64,000 nucleotides of DNA from assembly GCA_001443455.1 (NCBI GenBank), contig LDXO01000001.1, positions 205,632 through 269,631 of the forward strand, written 5' to 3'. This stretch comes from Deltaproteobacteria bacterium CSP1-8 (GTDB lineage: Bacteria; Desulfobacterota; Deferrimicrobia; Deferrimicrobiales; Deferrimicrobiaceae). The translations under genes and the position numbers were made by a program. Positions 46,978 through 57,241 of the stretch are shown here, one piece after another (the first letter of the stretch is position 1; each line of letters starts with the position of its first letter). A model generated the notes under the pieces. The model was not told the DNA's origin. It made no database searches and saw only the letters and a program-made list of their open reading frames with translations.

Positions 46978-47055
46978 AAGGGAGTCCCCGGCGGCGAGGA
47001 AGCGAAAAGGAAGGCCGCATCACTCCTCCATTTCCCGTACCCAAGGGTGGGATAA
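46978..47055 (+). pseudogene. Last ~25 codons of an integrase gene (remnant)
   Basis: KGVPGGEEAKRKAASLLHFPYPRVG-stop. At the nucleotide level it is homologous to the end of the fragment at 47375-47551. Confidence 0.5.
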
Positions 47056-47097
47056 AAATATCCAGAGGGGCGCTCGCTCGCCTAGTCGGTGGCGACC

Positions 47098-47292
47098 CTA
47101 TCCCCCCGTATCCTGGTAATGTTCGTTTGGGATTAATTCCGTTTCTGTGCATCCGAACGGACATTGAAACGCGCCCTCGTTGAACCATCCATCTGGTCGT
47201 GTAGGGGGATACCAAACCTCCTTACATATCTGGCACTCAACCTTGCCGCTGTCGATATCAAGTAGTTTTCCTGTCCCTTTCGAATCCGTCAT
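47098..47292 (-). CDS. Small zinc-ribbon-like hypothetical protein (64 aa)
   Basis: GGAGAAAG precedes ATG 47292. The sequence is MTDSKGTGKLLDIDSGKVECQICKEVWYPPTRPDGWFNEGAFQCPFGCTETE... (CxxC...CxxxC). Confidence 0.45.
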   Translation of the reverse strand: MTDSKGTGKLLDIDSGKVECQICKEVWYPPTRPDGWFNEGAFQCPFGCTETELIPNEHYQDTGG

Positions 47293-47374
47293 TTTTCTTT
47301 CTCCATTGCTTTGAGGGTTCCGAGTACCATACACCTTTCTTATGAGGTAACAACATGAAATCAGTTTCTCTTTG

Positions 47375-47551
47375 ATTTGGCGGTGCACGTTTGCCTCCGA
47401 GATGCTCGATGCGGGAGCCGATATCGCCACGGTGCAGAAGATGATGAAACGCGCCGACCCTTCTACAACGGCCCGGTATGACGGTCGTGGCGAGGAAGCG
47501 AAAAAGAAGGCCGCATCGCTCTTACATTTCATGTATACAAGGAGGGGATGA
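47375..47551 (+). pseudogene. Tyrosine recombinase C-terminal fragment (about the last 55 codons)
   Basis: ..LIWRCTFASEMLDAGADIATVQKMMKRADPSTTARYDGRGEEAKKKAASLLHF.. carries the R-x-x-FAS and ..ARYD.. (catalytic Tyr) boxes. The frame opens only at 47351, after a stop. It points toward the duplicated att site. Confidence 0.7.
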
Positions 47552-47744
47552 AAGAAGCCCTGAAGGGCGCGCCCTTGTCGGGTCGCGTACCCTATCCCCG
47601 GAAGCCGTTGGCTACCTGCTCACCGCCGGAAACTCCGTTCGCATCCGGATCGCATCCGGTTGTCGTCAGCATGCACTTTTTAGCACATCCTGTCTGCCCT
47701 AAAATGCTGAAAACATTATATTTCACGGGCACTTGGAGCACCCA

Positions 47745-47785
47745 TTAATAAGAGGTTGAAGGTTCGGATCCTTCGTGGCCCACCA
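47745..47785 (+). repeat. Direct repeat of the tRNA-Lys 3' half (att-like site)
   Basis: TTAATAAGAGGTTGAAGGTTCGGATCCTTCGTGGCCCACCA compares with the tRNA sequence TTAATCAGGAGGTTGAAGGTTCGAATCCTTCGTGGCCCACCA (two substitutions, one indel). Confidence 0.85.
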
Positions 47786-47795
47786 AGATTTTCAG

Positions 47796-47827
47796 GGGGT
47801 TATCCGGTAACGGGTAGCCCCTTTTTT
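47796..47827 (+). terminator. Duplicated copy of the tRNA-Lys terminator
   Basis: GGGGTTA...TAGCCCC followed by T6. Its position after the CCA matches that of 46346-46377. Confidence 0.5.
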
Positions 47828-47870
47828 GTTGCACTGCATCGTTTTTGTATCGCGGGATTCGAGTCGGGGT

Positions 47871-48320
47871 TCAGGTTCTGAAAAACGTGATTGCATCCGC
47901 AAGCTCCTGACCGATGCCAGCCAGCACGCGTTTTCCCACCTGGGTGAAGGCAAGGGAGACGGATCCTCCAAAAAGAAGGAGGATCAAGCAGACAAAGGGA
48001 ATGAGGAAGGACCATTTGAACATGCGTCGACGGCGGATCTTGGCCGGGGATTTGGGGAATGGCGGATAGAGCACGAGAGGTTCGTGAACATGTTCTTTCT
48101 TGGCAAGGGAAACGGCAGGTTCGGTACTTCTTTTGTCGGAATGATCCCGTGAGGCAGACACCTGGTTCAACACGGACATGCCCGATGTAATTTCCGCGGG
48201 ATTCAAAATGAAAATAAAATTCCCGCAACTGCGGCATCGGACCTGCATCCCTTTGGATCCCTTGAACATCGCTTCGTCCAGACGGTAACGCGCCCGGCAG
48301 TTATTGCAATCGACGTTCAT
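47871..48320 (-). CDS. MJ0042-type zinc-ribbon protein with C-terminal TM anchor (paralog of 34909-35688)
   Basis: MNVDCNNCRARYRLDEAMFKGSKGMQVRCRSCGNFIFIL has the same architecture as 34909-35688. The TM helix is WSFLIPFVCLILLLFGGSVSLAF. Confidence 0.65.
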   Translation of the reverse strand: MNVDCNNCRARYRLDEAMFKGSKGMQVRCRSCGNFIFILNPAEITSGMSVLNQVSASRDHSDKRSTEPAVSLAKKEHVHEPLVLYPPFPKSPAKIRRRRMFKWSFLIPFVCLILLLFGGSVSLAFTQVGKRVLAGIGQELADAITFFRT

Positions 48321-48818
48321 TGGCGAATCTCCGTATTGCTCAAATGGGAAACCTTCTGCCTTATGGAAAAAATCTGCAACATGTATACCGGCCAGAGAGA
48401 GAATTAATTGCTCAATTAGAAAGAAGATTTTATTTATTCCGAAAGATGAAAGGAAATATTATGGAAACCATGGGAAAAACTTTACCCTGTTTATTCTTTT
48501 CTCCCCCCTCTCCCTTGCAGATACCGCAGAGAATTTATGAGATTTCGGCGTCTTCCCGTTCCATATCGACTGATACCTGTATCCCCAATTCCCCGTTTTC
48601 CCAGGGAAGTATGGATATTCAACCATCGCGGCAAGAAGTGGGTCTCTAGATCGAGTGCACTCGAATGGAATCCTGCCCGGGCGCAAGGCGAAAGAGCAAG
48701 GCCGAAAAAGACAGGTGCGCCGGGAGTGCTTCCCTTCGCTAAGGCCGTAAGGTGTTCCTGCCGAAATAACCAGTATTGATGATTCCGGGGGTAGCTTTTG
48801 CAAGCTGCAGAGAAGCGC

Positions 48819-49376
48819 ATGAAATGGATTTCTCTGTTCCTGATCTCGATTGTGCTGGCGTCCCTGTGGGGTTGCGGTGGAGGGGATTCGGGAACCGTTT
48901 CCCCCTCGGCACCTCCCCCAGGGAGTCCGGGCACAGGGATCCCGGGGATCGATTCGATCCGCCAGGAGTTTCTCGACGACGTCAACCAGGCCCGTTCCGG
49001 GGAACGTATGTGCGGGAACACGTCCTATCCCGCCGCCCCCCCCGTAGCGTGGAACGATTCCCTGGCCATGGCCGCCTACCTTCATTCCGAGGACATGGCC
49101 ACCAATCAGTTCTTCTCGCACACAGGATCGGACGGGAGCTCTCCGGGGGACCGAATCACGCGTGAAGGGTATGCCTGGTGGACCTACGGCGAGAATATCG
49201 CCGTGGGCTACCCGACGGTTTCCGCCGTGATGCAAGGGTGGCTGGGAAGCGATGGGCACTGCAGGAACATCATGAACCCCGCCTTCCGCGAGATCGGCGC
49301 CGCCTATGCGGAAGGGCCGTACCTGGGCAATTCCTCCGCCCCCTACTGGACCTTCGACCTCGCGGCGCCCCGGTAG
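48819..49376 (+). CDS. CAP/SCP/PR1-like domain lipoprotein (YkwD type)
   Basis: Has a lipobox (MKWISLFLISIVLASLWGC) and CAP motifs (..FFSHTGSDGSSPGDRI..GENIA..WLGSDGHCRNIM..). Confidence 0.85.
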   Translation: MKWISLFLISIVLASLWGCGGGDSGTVSPSAPPPGSPGTGIPGIDSIRQEFLDDVNQARSGERMCGNTSYPAAPPVAWNDSLAMAAYLHSEDMATNQFFSHTGSDGSSPGDRITREGYAWWTYGENIAVGYPTVSAVMQGWLGSDGHCRNIMNPAFREIGAAYAEGPYLGNSSAPYWTFDLAAPR

Positions 49377-49660
49377 GACCGGTTCGCCTCACCCCACCCC
49401 GATACCGACCGCGCCACCGGGAATGACGAGGCTGCTCAAGTTTACCCCACCCCACTGGAGGTCGACCGGCAGTCCGGGCAGGAAGACGAGGTTCGCCGTA
49501 AATCGATCATTCCCCCAAGGAAAAAACCGGTTCCTGTGTCAAAATCATTTTGTCGGGTCATGCAGTCCGACGATGGGGAACGTATCTTCCAACACGGCAG
49601 GTGCAAGATGGGAAAATCGCTCCCCCTGCGCGGGGTCCAGCAGCTGCTGGAGACGCCCGA

Positions 49661-51850
49661 GTGACGGCGGCCTCGACCAGGGAGACGCGCTGGCTCGAAC
49701 GGCTGGCGCACGCGTACGGCGTCCAGACCGCCTATTCCGACATCACGCACCGGAGGATCCGGGTTTCTCCGCAGACCCTCCTGGCGGTCCTCAAGGCGCT
49801 CGGGGCGCCGCTCGAGAAGGCGGAAGACGCCCGGGACGCGCTGCGGGAGCATGAACAGGCGCGGTGGCGCCGTCCTTGCAACCCGGTCGTCGTGGCGTGG
49901 GACGGCGGTTCCGCGGAGCTTTCGCTTCGACTCCCGCGCACGCTGTCGGATACCCGGATCGGCCTTCATCTCCGCCTCGAGGACGGGGGCGTGCTGCATC
50001 TTCCGTGCGACCTGTCGCTTCTCCCCGCTGCGCAGGGGGCGCAGGTCGAGGGTGAACGGTATGTGGTGAAGACGGTCGATTTGCCGGAGGGGATTCCCTT
50101 GGGGTACCACCGCCTGACGGCGGAGATCGGGGGGAATACCATGGAAACCGTGGTCATCGCCGCCCCCCGGAAGGCCTGCGAATCCCGGAAAGGTGCCGGG
50201 GGAAGGACATGGGGCGTCTTCCTTCCCCTCTACGCGCTCAACTCCCGGAGGAGCCTGGGAAGCGGCGACCTCACCGACCTTGCGGCTCTCATGGAATGGG
50301 TTTCCGGACTGGGGGGAAGGGCGGTGGGAACCCTGCCTCTCCTCGCCGCGTTTCTCTCCGAGCCGTTCAACCCGAGTCCTTATGCGCCGGCGAGCCGTCT
50401 CTTCTGGAACGAGTTCTACCTCGACGTCGCCCGGGCCCCCGAATTCTCCACGTGCACTCCGGCACGGGAGCTGATGTCTTCCCCCGGGTTCCGGGAGGAG
50501 GTCGAGGCGCTGCGGGCCTCTCCGCTGGTGGACTACCGGCGCGGAATGGCCCTCAAGCGCAGGGTCATCAAGGAGTTGGCCCTGTCCTTCTTCTCGGGGA
50601 ACGATCCCGGGCGGCAAGGAGCGTTCCGGGAGTTCCTGGCGGCGAACCCCGAGTTGGAGGAATACGCCGTCTTCCGCGCGACGGGGGAGACGCAGCGGTC
50701 CCCCTGGCCGGCGTGGCCCGAGTCGCTTCGGGACCGGGTGATCACGCCGGAGGCATACGAGGACGAGGCGAAGCGGTACCACCTCTATGCGCAATTTGTC
50801 TTCGACGAGCAGTTCGGCGCGATATCGAAGCGCTTCCGGGAAAGGGGGGAGGTTCTCTACCTGGACCTGCCGCTCGGGGTAAGCTACGACAGCTACGATG
50901 TCTGGCGCAACCGCGACCTGTTCGTCCTGGACGTTTCTTCGGGGGCGCCTCCCGACGACTTTTTCACCCAGGGGCAGGACTGGGGTTTCCCCCCGATGCA
51001 CCCGGAGAGAAGCCGCGAGGAAGGATTCCGGTACTACCGCGCTTGCCTGCGCCACCAGTTCCGGCATGCGGGGATCCTGCGGATCGACCATGTGATGGGC
51101 CTGCATCGATTCTTCTGGGTCCCGAAGGGGATGACCGCCCGGGAGGGGACCTACGTCGGGTACCCGGCCGAGGAGTTCTACGCCGTCCTCACCCTCGAGT
51201 CGCACAGGAACGGGGTACGGGTCGTGGGGGAGGACCTGGGGACCGTTCCCCCGTACGTCCGGCCGGCGATGGCAAGGCACGGACTTGCCCGGATGTTCGT
51301 CGTCCAGTTCGGTCTTTCCCCGGATCCCGGAAAGACGTTGCGGCCGGTCCCGGCGGAATCCCTGGGGTGCGTGAACACGCACGACATGCCCCCCTTTGCC
51401 TCCTTCTGGGGAGGGCTCGATATCGACGACAGGGTCGACCTCGGGCTGCTCGACGAGGAAGGGGCCCGGGAGGAACGAGAGAAGCGGCTCAGGGTGAAGA
51501 AAGCCCTTGCGTCGTTTCTGCGGCGCACAGGGTGGCTCGGGAAGGACCGTCCGGGGGCGCAGGAGGTCCTCGCGGCGGTCCTTTCCTACCTCGCGGCAAG
51601 CAAAGCCGGCGTCGTCATTGTCAACCTCGAGGACCTGTACCTGGAGACCGATCCCCAGAACGTGCCCGGAACCTGGAAGGAGCGGCCGAACTGGCTCAGG
51701 AAGGCGCGGCACGGGTTCGAGGCATTCCCCGAGATGCCCCAGGTGATCCGCATCCTCCGGGAAATGGACCGTCTTCGGAGGGCAGAGAAAGCTCGCCGGG
51801 GGAAGCCCCGGGGGCAGGAAACCAAGCCGACAAGGGAGGAGGTAGGATAG
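49661..51850 (+). CDS. malQ: 4-alpha-glucanotransferase (amylomaltase, GH77), long form
   Basis: Contains ..[18 protein letters not shown].., ..[17 protein letters not shown].., ..[16 protein letters not shown].. and ..[10 protein letters not shown].. . The start is uncertain (GTG 49661 preferred, TTG 49550 possible). Confidence 0.85.
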   Translation: MTAASTRETRWLERLAHAYGVQTAYSDITHRRIRVSPQTLLAVLKALGAPLEKAEDARDALREHEQARWRRPCNPVVVAWDGGSAELSLRLPRTLSDTRIGLHLRLEDGGVLHLPCDLSLLPAAQGAQVEGERYVVKTVDLPEGIPLGYHRLTAEIGGNTMETVVIAAPRKACESRKGAGGRTWGVFLPLYALNSRRSLGSGDLTDLAALMEWVSGLGGRAVGTLPLLAAFLSEPFNPSPYAPASRLFWNEFYLDVARAPEFSTCTPARELMSSPGFREEVEALRASPLVDYRRGMALKRRVIKELALSFFSGNDPGRQGAFREFLAANPELEEYAVFRATGETQRSPWPAWPESLRDRVITPEAYEDEAKRYHLYAQFVFDEQFGAISKRFRERGEVLYLDLPLGVSYDSYDVWRNRDLFVLDVSSGAPPDDFFTQGQDWGFPPMHPERSREEGFRYYRACLRHQFRHAGILRIDHVMGLHRFFWVPKGMTAREGTYVGYPAEEFYAVLTLESHRNGVRVVGEDLGTVPPYVRPAMARHGLARMFVVQFGLSPDPGKTLRPVPAESLGCVNTHDMPPFASFWGGLDIDDRVDLGLLDEEGAREEREKRLRVKKALASFLRRTGWLGKDRPGAQEVLAAVLSYLAASKAGVVIVNLEDLYLETDPQNVPGTWKERPNWLRKARHGFEAFPEMPQVIRILREMDRLRRAEKARRGKPRGQETKPTREEVG

Positions 51851-51854
51851 AGCC

Positions 51855-53768
51855 ATGCGATACGACGTGTCCCTTCTTGCCGACCAGGACCTGTACCTCT
51901 TCAACGAGGGAAGCCACTTCCGGCTGTACGAAAAGCTGGGATCCCACTTCATGACCGTGGACGGGGAGGAGGGTACCTACTTCGCCGTATGGGCCCCCAA
52001 CGCCGAGAACGTATATGTCACGGGGAGCTTCAACGGATGGAACAAAAGCTCCCACTCCCTCAGGACGAAGGGGGTGTCCGGGATCTGGGAGGGATTCATC
52101 CCCGGGGTGATGCGGGGGACCGCCTACAAGTACCACGTCGTCTCCCGCTGGAACGGGTACCGGTTCGACAAGGCCGACCCCTTCGCCTTCCACGGGGAGG
52201 CCCCCCCGGACACCGGGTCCGTCGTGTGGGACCTCTGGTTCGAGTGGGGGGACGGGGAGTGGATGAAGGACCGGATCCTTCGCAACGGCGCCGACAGCCC
52301 CATCTCCATCTACGAGGCGCACCTGGGATCATGGATGCGGGTCCCGGAAGAGGGGAACCGGATGCTCTCCTACCGGGAGCTGGCGCCGCGCCTGGTCGAG
52401 TACCTCACGCGGCTGAACTTCACCCACGTGGAGTTCCTCCCCGTGATGGAGCACCCCTTCTATGGCTCCTGGGGATACCAGATCACGGGATTCTTCGCCC
52501 CCACCAGCCGGTACGGGACGCCGCAGGACTTCATGTTCCTCATCGACACCCTGCACCGCCACGGCATCGGGGTGATCCTCGACTGGGTCCCTTCCCACTT
52601 CACCAAGGACGGCCACGGGCTCAACTACTTCGACGGGACCCACCTCTTCGAGCACGCCGACCCGCGGCAGGGGCACCACCCCGACTGGGACACGCAGATC
52701 TTCAACTACGGCCGCCACGAGGTGCAGAGCTTCCTTCTCTCCGGTGCCTGCTACTGGCTTGACGTCTTCCACGTCGACGGTCTGCGCGTCGATGCCGTGG
52801 CGTCGATGCTTTACCTCGACTACTCGCGCAAGGAAGGGGAGTGGATCCCGAACCAGTACGGCGGGAGGGAGAACATCGAGGCGATCGACTTCCTTCAGCG
52901 TTTCAACGAGGACGTGTACAAGGAACGCCCGGACATCATCACGATCGCCGAGGAGTCCACCGCCTGGCCCATGGTCTCCCGGCCGACCTACCTCGGGGGC
53001 TTGGGGTTCGGCATGAAGTGGGACATGGGATGGATGCACGACACGCTCGCATTCATGGGACATGACCCCGTGCACCGGAAATACCACCACGACAAGCTCT
53101 CCTTCCGGATGGTGTACGCCTTCACGGAGAACTTCGTTCTCCCCCTCTCCCACGACGAGGTGGTCCACGGGAAGGGGTCGCTGATCGGCCAGATGCCGGG
53201 GGACACCTGGCAGAAATTCGCCAACCTGCGTGCCCTCTACGGGTACATGTACGGCCAGCCGGGCAAGAAGCTCCTCTTCATGGGCGGGGAGTTCGGCCAG
53301 TGGCGGGAGTGGAACCACGACGAAAGCCTCGACTGGCACCTCCTTGCGGACCCCGCGCACGCGGGACTCTCCCGCTGGGTGCAGGAGATGAACGCCCTCT
53401 ACCGCAGGGAACCGGCGCTGCACGAGCTTGACTTCGACCCGGCCGGGTTCGAGTGGGTCGACCGCCACGACGCCGAGCAGAGCATCCTGGCGTTCCTGCG
53501 GAAAGGGAAGTCCACGGGCGACATCTTCCTCGTCGTCTGCAACTTCACCCCCGTCCCCCGGCACAACTACCGCGTGGGGGTGCCCCGCGGCGGGTTCTGG
53601 CGGGAGGTGCGAAACAGCGACGCCCGGGAGTACGGCGGAAGCGGACAGGGCAACGCCGGCGGAGTTACGGCCGCGCCGGTCTCCGCTCATGGCCGCCTGC
53701 ACGCCCTGACCGTCGTCGTCCCTCCCCTGGCCGCGGTGTTCTTCAAGAGCGAGGCGAAAAAGGCGTGA
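51855..53768 (+). CDS. glgB: 1,4-alpha-glucan branching enzyme
   Basis: Contains ..[22 protein letters not shown].., ..[11 protein letters not shown].., ..[12 protein letters not shown].. and ..IAEESTAWP.. . It starts 5 nt after malQ ends. Confidence 0.95.
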   Translation: MRYDVSLLADQDLYLFNEGSHFRLYEKLGSHFMTVDGEEGTYFAVWAPNAENVYVTGSFNGWNKSSHSLRTKGVSGIWEGFIPGVMRGTAYKYHVVSRWNGYRFDKADPFAFHGEAPPDTGSVVWDLWFEWGDGEWMKDRILRNGADSPISIYEAHLGSWMRVPEEGNRMLSYRELAPRLVEYLTRLNFTHVEFLPVMEHPFYGSWGYQITGFFAPTSRYGTPQDFMFLIDTLHRHGIGVILDWVPSHFTKDGHGLNYFDGTHLFEHADPRQGHHPDWDTQIFNYGRHEVQSFLLSGACYWLDVFHVDGLRVDAVASMLYLDYSRKEGEWIPNQYGGRENIEAIDFLQRFNEDVYKERPDIITIAEESTAWPMVSRPTYLGGLGFGMKWDMGWMHDTLAFMGHDPVHRKYHHDKLSFRMVYAFTENFVLPLSHDEVVHGKGSLIGQMPGDTWQKFANLRALYGYMYGQPGKKLLFMGGEFGQWREWNHDESLDWHLLADPAHAGLSRWVQEMNALYRREPALHELDFDPAGFEWVDRHDAEQSILAFLRKGKSTGDIFLVVCNFTPVPRHNYRVGVPRGGFWREVRNSDAREYGGSGQGNAGGVTAAPVSAHGRLHALTVVVPPLAAVFFKSEAKKA

Positions 53769-53986
53769 GCGGCCCCATCGACCCGGATCTCGGCGCGACT
53801 CCCCTCGGCGACGGCCGCTGCCGATTCCAGTCCCGGGGCGTCCACGGCCCCTCCCGGGTCGTCGGCCGGAACGAATGATCTCCGCCGGGTGCCACGCGCC
53901 CGACGCCGCCTCCCGCATGCTGGAGGGGGAGGACAGGATAGTGAACCGGGAGTAGCGCCGGAGGTCCGGCCGGGGAGGAGGCCTGA

Positions 53987-54808
53987 ATGCCCACGCTGAA
54001 AGGGAAAACGCTCTTCATCACCGGGGCCAGCCGCGGCATCGGCAAGGCGATCGCCCTCCGGGCGGCCGCCGACGGCGCGAACGTCGTCGTCGCGGCCAAG
54101 ACCGTTACACCCCATCCGAAGCTCCCCGGGACGATCCACACGGCCGCCGAGGAGATCGAGGCGGCGGGCGGCAGGGCCCTGCCTGTCCCCGTCGACGTGC
54201 GCTTCGAGGACCGGATCGCCGCCGCGGCCGCGCAGGCCGCGGAGACGTTCGGCGGGATCGACATCCTGGTGAACAACGCCAGCGCCATCAGTCTCACCGG
54301 GACGCTTGCGACGCCGATGAAGCGGTTCGACCTGATGTTCGGCGTCAACGTGCGCGGGACCTACGCCTGCTCCCAGGTCTGCATCCCGTACCTTCGGAAG
54401 TCCATCAACCCGCACATCCTGACCATCAGCCCCCCCCTGGCCATGGACCCGAAATGGTTCCGGAACCACTGCGCCTATACGATGGCGAAATACGGGATGA
54501 GCATGTGCGTCCTGGGGATGGCCGAGGAGTTCCGCGAGGCGGGGATCGGCGTCAACGCCCTGTGGCCCCGGACCGTGATCGCCACGGCGGCGGTCGCGAT
54601 GCTGGGCGGGGCGGTCGACCTTTCAAACTGCCGAAAGCCGGAGATCGTGGCCGACGCGGCCCGCGCGATCCTCACGCGCGACAGCCGAACATGTACGGGG
54701 AACTTCTTCATCGACGAGGAAGTTCTCGCGGCGGAGGGAATTACGGATTTTACCCCCTATGCGTACGAACCCGGCGCATCCCTTCTCCCGGACCTGTTCC
54801 TCGACTGA
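53987..54808 (+). CDS. SDR family oxidoreductase (HSDL2-like)
   Basis: Contains TGASRGIGKAIA, NNAS and YTMAKYG motifs. Confidence 0.9.
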   Translation: MPTLKGKTLFITGASRGIGKAIALRAAADGANVVVAAKTVTPHPKLPGTIHTAAEEIEAAGGRALPVPVDVRFEDRIAAAAAQAAETFGGIDILVNNASAISLTGTLATPMKRFDLMFGVNVRGTYACSQVCIPYLRKSINPHILTISPPLAMDPKWFRNHCAYTMAKYGMSMCVLGMAEEFREAGIGVNALWPRTVIATAAVAMLGGAVDLSNCRKPEIVADAARAILTRDSRTCTGNFFIDEEVLAAEGITDFTPYAYEPGASLLPDLFLD

Positions 54809-54818
54809 AAAAAGCCCA

Positions 54819-54849
54819 GGGACGTTCTTACAACTTTTCATCCCCCCGG
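54819..54849 (+). repeat. Copy of the dispersed repeat (GGGACGTTCTTACAACTTTTCATCCCCCCGG), 11 nt after the SDR stop codon
   Basis: The 12-mer core matches exactly, and the AACTTTT..C-run..GG tail is shared with the copies at 45383-45414 (reverse complement) and 32705-32744. Confidence 0.75.
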
Positions 54850-55174
54850 CGCTCGCTTCGTGGGAACGCCCCGTTGCGAAGGCTCGTAGAATCAACTCCG
54901 CTTCCGGGGTCCCCGTTCGCAATCCGCTCCTTCGCGGTAGCCCTTTTCCGGGGGCTCGGGAGCAAGTTCGCTTCCTCGGAGGGGGGCTTCGACCCGCTCT
55001 ATGCGAATCCGTATTCGGGAAACGGTGCTCAGAAACGTTTTTTCAGGATCCGGACGGAAAAAGGGGGGCCGCCCTGCCACGCGCGGCCCCCCTCTTCCAT
55101 GCTCACCAATCGGAGGGAAATGATGAGTACTGGTGGTTAGACGCACGATCTGCGGAAAAGGTTCCCGGCTAAAC

Positions 55175-55909
55175 CTAATACCCCAGTTCCCCGAGAAAAT
55201 ACGGCATCTGTTTCCGCCACCACGGCCAGTCGTGGTTCACGTCGTGACCCCAAAAATCGACCCAGGCGGGGATTTTCTTCTCCGCGAGGATCCGCCCCAG
55301 GGCCCGGGTGTCCGCCACCATCTCGTCCTCCCATGCGCCTTGTCCGACGCAGATCACGATCCGGTTCTTCCGGTACCGGTCGAGGTACCACGGGTCGGAC
55401 AGGGCGGGAAGGTAGGCGAGCGGGACGTGGAAGTAGACGTTTTCGTCCATGTAGTCCCCGATGAATCCGCCCAGCTGGTAGACGCCGCTCAGGGCGATGA
55501 CGGCGTCGAAGACGTCCGGGTGGCGGAAGAAGAAGTTCGCGCTGTGGTATCCCCCCATGCTGCAGCCGGACGCCAGGATTCCCCGACGGAAGCCGCGATC
55601 CCGGATGAAGGGGACGACCTCGGACACGACGTACCGGTCGTATTCGTTGTGCCGGCGTACGCGATCGGCCGGGTGGGCCCCGTGATTCAGGAAGGACTCG
55701 TTGTCCATGCTGTCCACGGTAAAAAGAACGATCCTGCCCCCCTCGAGGAACGGCCGGCAGGCCGTAACCATCCCGAAATCCTCGTACTCGTAGAACCGTC
55801 CCCCCGCAGCCGGGAACACGAGGACGGGCTTCCCCGCGTGGCCGTAGACTTTCAGCTCCATCTCCCGGTTCAGGTTCCCGCTCCGCCACCGGTGGTACTC
55901 GACGTTCAC
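55175..55909 (-). CDS. Esterase family alpha/beta hydrolase (putative esterase / esterase-D-like fold)
   Basis: Contains ..MELKVYGHAGKPVLVFPAAGGRFYEYEDFGMV.. and the nucleophile elbow GCSMGG. Confidence 0.8.
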   Translation of the reverse strand: MNVEYHRWRSGNLNREMELKVYGHAGKPVLVFPAAGGRFYEYEDFGMVTACRPFLEGGRIVLFTVDSMDNESFLNHGAHPADRVRRHNEYDRYVVSEVVPFIRDRGFRRGILASGCSMGGYHSANFFFRHPDVFDAVIALSGVYQLGGFIGDYMDENVYFHVPLAYLPALSDPWYLDRYRKNRIVICVGQGAWEDEMVADTRALGRILAEKKIPAWVDFWGHDVNHDWPWWRKQMPYFLGELGY

Positions 55910-55937
55910 GGCTGTTTCCCTTTTTCCACGGGAGTTT

Positions 55938-57101
55938 CTATTTCAGTTGCAGGATGAACCCGGCCACCTCGCGGATCTCCCCCAGGTCGGGCGAGCGCAC
56001 CAGGTAGCCGTAATCGCCGATCGCGGCGCGAAAGATCGAATCGATCTTCTCGTGGTGGAGGATCCGATGCCCGTAGGCCCCAAGGATCTCCTCGTGGGAG
56101 TGCGCGTATTCCTTCCGGAGTTTCCTCCCGATGTAGCAGCAGTGGTAGGGCCTCGACCAGGCGTCGGTAAACCGGTTGTGGACGACCACGTTCGCCCACT
56201 CTCCGTAGATGTCGATATCGTTGGCGTAATTGAACATGTCCGTGGTAAGGCCCCCCGGCGGCCGCATGTTGACCTCGAGCGCGACGATCCGCTCGTCCCG
56301 GTCCCTCCGGAAGAACTCGATGTGGAAGAACCGCTCCCGCACCGAGAACTCCTTCAAGACCCTGCGCCCGGCCTCCTCCAGGTCCGGCGGGATCTCCCTC
56401 AGCGAATAGTAGTACAGGTGATCGTCCGCGTTGACCGTCTCCATGATCCCCTGGCTGAAGGCATGGGACGTGAAAAACACCGGGTTGCCGTCCCGGTCCG
56501 CGAGCCCGTCGAAGGAGAAGAGGCGCCCCGCGATGAATTCTTCCAGGAGGAAGTCCCCCGGGGGCTTGCTCGCGAAGAAGCGTTGTAACTCCCCGTCGCC
56601 TTCGATCTTGAATGTCGTCGCCGCCCCGACGCCGATGTCCGGTTTTGCCACCACCGGGTAGCCGATTTCCGCGACGAGCCGCCTTCCTTCCTCGAGAGAC
56701 CGGACCACCTCGCCCCGGGCCACGGCGACGCCCGCCTGCACGAATTTCCGCTTCATCCGCGACTTGCTCTTGATCTCGTCGATCTCGCCCGCCTGGATGC
56801 CGAACACGTGGAAGTCCGTACGAAGGCGGGCCTCCGTCTCCAGCCAGTACTCGCTGTGGGAGTCGATCCGGTCGATCTTTCCGTACCGGTGGGTGAAGTA
56901 CCCGCAGGCGCGAAGGAGCTGCCCGTAATCGTGCAGGTCGTCCACCCGGTAATATTCCGTCAGCGCCTCCCGCAGTTCGGGCCGAAGCGTTTCGTACGGC
57001 GCGTCGGCAAGGCCCAAGACGTTCACCCCCCGATCCTTGAGCCGGGCGCAAAACGGGTAGTAATTGGGGGGGAAGTGGGGGGACAGGGAGACAAAATTCA
57101 T
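55938..57101 (-). CDS. ATP-grasp domain protein (carboxylate-amine ligase type), unknown substrate
   Basis: Contains ..KSRMKRKFVQAGVAVARG..IGYPVVAKPDIGVGA..LLEEFIAG.. and ..ALEVNMRPPGG.. . It is 29 nt upstream of the esterase gene. Confidence 0.8.
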   Translation of the reverse strand: MNFVSLSPHFPPNYYPFCARLKDRGVNVLGLADAPYETLRPELREALTEYYRVDDLHDYGQLLRACGYFTHRYGKIDRIDSHSEYWLETEARLRTDFHVFGIQAGEIDEIKSKSRMKRKFVQAGVAVARGEVVRSLEEGRRLVAEIGYPVVAKPDIGVGAATTFKIEGDGELQRFFASKPPGDFLLEEFIAGRLFSFDGLADRDGNPVFFTSHAFSQGIMETVNADDHLYYYSLREIPPDLEEAGRRVLKEFSVRERFFHIEFFRRDRDERIVALEVNMRPPGGLTTDMFNYANDIDIYGEWANVVVHNRFTDAWSRPYHCCYIGRKLRKEYAHSHEEILGAYGHRILHHEKIDSIFRAAIGDYGYLVRSPDLGEIREVAGFILQLK

Positions 57102-57241
57102 CCTTGTACGTTAGCCCCGGCAGGTCGAAACGTAAAGCGCCGCGGGAAAAAATGTTGAACCATCCGGGCTCCGGTCTTGTCAATGGGGGTAGGAAGGGCG
57201 GCCGCCCCCGAAAAAAAACCGGCGAAGAAAGGAGAAATCCC

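Larger units (their letters stand above)
46336..47785. mobile_element. Remnant(s) of tRNA-Lys-targeting integrative element(s), without an intact integrase
   Basis: The region is bounded by the tRNA-Lys 3' end (46294-46335) and a 41-nt near-identical copy (47745-47785). Inside are three tyrosine-recombinase C-terminal fragments and AT-richer small ORFs. Confidence 0.65.

Noticed and set aside
48640-48790. A hairpin-rich segment (CCCGGGCGCA...TGCGCCGGG) upstream of the CAP-domain gene, considered as a possible riboswitch.
   Set aside because: I recognise no known riboswitch core. The stem is imperfect and could simply reflect GC-rich sequence.
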